Below, in pieces: positions 47,968 to 49,143 of a stretch of 49,143 nucleotides of DNA. The stretch covers positions 1 through 49,143 of the forward strand of contig MCFE01000657.1 of NCBI GenBank assembly GCA_002104905.1, given 5' to 3'. This DNA is from Basidiobolus meristosporus CBS 931.73 (Eukaryota; Fungi; Basidiobolomycota). The position numbers and the translations under genes were made by a program. The stretch's first letter is position 1. Each line of letters starts with the position of its first letter. The notes under the pieces were generated by a model that was given only the letters and a program-made list of their open reading frames with translations, made no database searches and was not told the origin of the DNA.

Positions 47968-49143
47968 CCGCCTAAGGATAAATTTTGCATAGGTCCACAC
48001 AGATCTGAGTGAATTAGATCTAATTTTTTCTTAGTTTTGATTAACCCAGAGCTCTTGAACGGTTGTCTGGCTTGTTTCCCATATATGCAGGCTTCATGGT
48101 GCTCCAAATTAGCTTGGGGATCAATCTTTACTCCAGAAATTAGCTGATCTTTGATCATTTTACGCAAATAATCAAAATTGATGTGTCCAAATCTCCTGTG
48201 CCAAAGCATTGGTGTTTCTTCATTTAAGTTACTTATATTGGCTTCCAGATATGATGGAATATAAGTCAACTTGTATAGGTTCTGATCTCTGATGCCCGAA
48301 GCAATATGAGCACCATTTTGATCAGTGATCCTGCATCCAGAATTGTCAAAACTGAAACTGAGTCCTTCTGCTGTGGCCTTGCTTACAGAGAGTAGGTTCT
48401 TGGCTATTTCTGGTACATAGAGTACTTCTTTAAAGGTCAGTGTATGGCTTCCTTCACTGCTTCTAAGGTTTACTTGGATAGTTCCTTCTCCCACTGCATC
48501 AAGTGTTCTATCGTCACCCATGAAAACCTTCTTAATTGGGATTTCTTGATATTGGGTAAAAAGTTCTTTTTGGTGTGTAAAGTGTTGAGAAGCTCCAGAG
48601 TCAATATACCACGTCTGAGAATCCTTGTTTGTGGTCATATTTAGTGCAGATATGAATAGTCTATCTTCAGTTGTTGCAGCATTTCCATATTCAGGCTTCT
48701 TTTGCTGATAATCTCTCTTTTTGAAACACCGGTCTGATGTGTGTCCTTTCCTTTTGCAGTAGTTGCAAAATAGGTTGCTGTTGCCTTTGTAGGGTCTTGG
48801 GTACCTCCTTTGTTGGTTATCATTGCTTATTAAAGCATTTTCTTCTTCCTTCTTATTGGCGCTTGATTTTCTTAATTCTTCATCCAGGAGCCTTCCATAT
48901 AACGTAATTTAAGGTCAAATCTTCAGTTCTGGACTCTAGGGCTGATACAAGGCCCTGAAACTCGTCTGTCAGGCTATTCAGGATGGTAACTATCACATCC
49001 TCATCAGTAGTTGGTACGCCCACAGATTCCATCTCATCTACCAGCAGGGTAATTCTGTTAATTAGATTTTTCATTTCTTCTCCTGGCAGCATCTTTGTAG
49101 TAAAGAATTTTCTTCTCAGATACATTTTCTTGGCAGCTGAACA
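47968..49143 (-). pseudogene. gag: A3 gag, zinc knuckle, protease and GAG-pre-integrase; one frameshift near 48896
   Basis: LRRKFFTTKM...LNSL..E..GLVSALE; after the frameshift GRLLDEE runs stop-free through the CCHC knuckle and WYIDSGASQH to DLIHSDLCGP. Confidence 0.9.

Larger units (their letters stand above)
44054..49143 (-). mobile_element. Near-intact copia family A copy A3 (gag to RNase H, PPT, 3' LTR 44054-44403); 5' end lies outside the window
   Basis: gag, CNYCKRKGHTSDRC knuckle, WYIDSGAS protease, GAG-pre-integrase, integrase, RT and RNase H in copia order. Confidence 0.96.

Noticed and set aside
3334-48644. Most 60-130 aa ORFs in the supplied track
   Set aside because: They are antisense or off-frame shadows of TE genes or LTR sequence (for example 2657-3025, 16800-17108, 38328-38831) with no independent support.
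1-49143. Prokaryotic systems (CRISPR arrays, defence operons, retrons, IS elements)
   Set aside because: No repeat-spacer array or operon-like gene order. All RT and integrase ORFs are LTR-retrotransposon type with LTRs and TSDs.
1-49143. Classical RIP (CpA>TpA)
   Set aside because: CpA and TpG are abundant and the differences concentrate at CpG; a formal RIP index was not computed.

Overview
This window is a gene-poor eukaryotic transposon nest, most likely fungal; an early-diverging lineage is only an inference. I found no intact host gene, RNA gene or CRISPR array. It can be read almost completely as nested insertions: (i) two Ty1/copia families (A, LTR about 345-350 bp; B, LTR about 367-369 bp); (ii) a full-length 5.9-kb chromodomain Ty3/gypsy element (family C, 697-698 bp LTRs, GCCCA target-site duplication, TSD) plus a solo LTR, and remnants of a second gypsy family; (iii) at least five copies or fragments of a CACTA/En-Spm-type DNA transposon (family D) with CCCTA termini, whose Tnp2-type transposase sits head-to-head, about 108 bp apart, with an uncharacterised accessory gene; (iv) MITEs of two terminus types (AGACTTGTT ends with ACT/AGT TSD, and CCCTA ends with TAG TSD); (v) a young 1079-bp solo LTR with a 4-bp TSD; (vi) a CpG-rich, apparently captured gene fragment inside a transposase. 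Older repeats are strongly CpG-depleted, and the CpG mutations include a surprising share of C>A/G>T transversions. The best candidates for something new are the family-D two-gene architecture with a conserved promoter palindrome, the ACT-targeting MITEs carrying a 10-bp-phased array of that same motif, the captured fragment, the CpG transversion signature and probable self-priming in the gypsy element. All alignments and counts were done by eye. Boundaries without a TSD or terminal motif are approximate.
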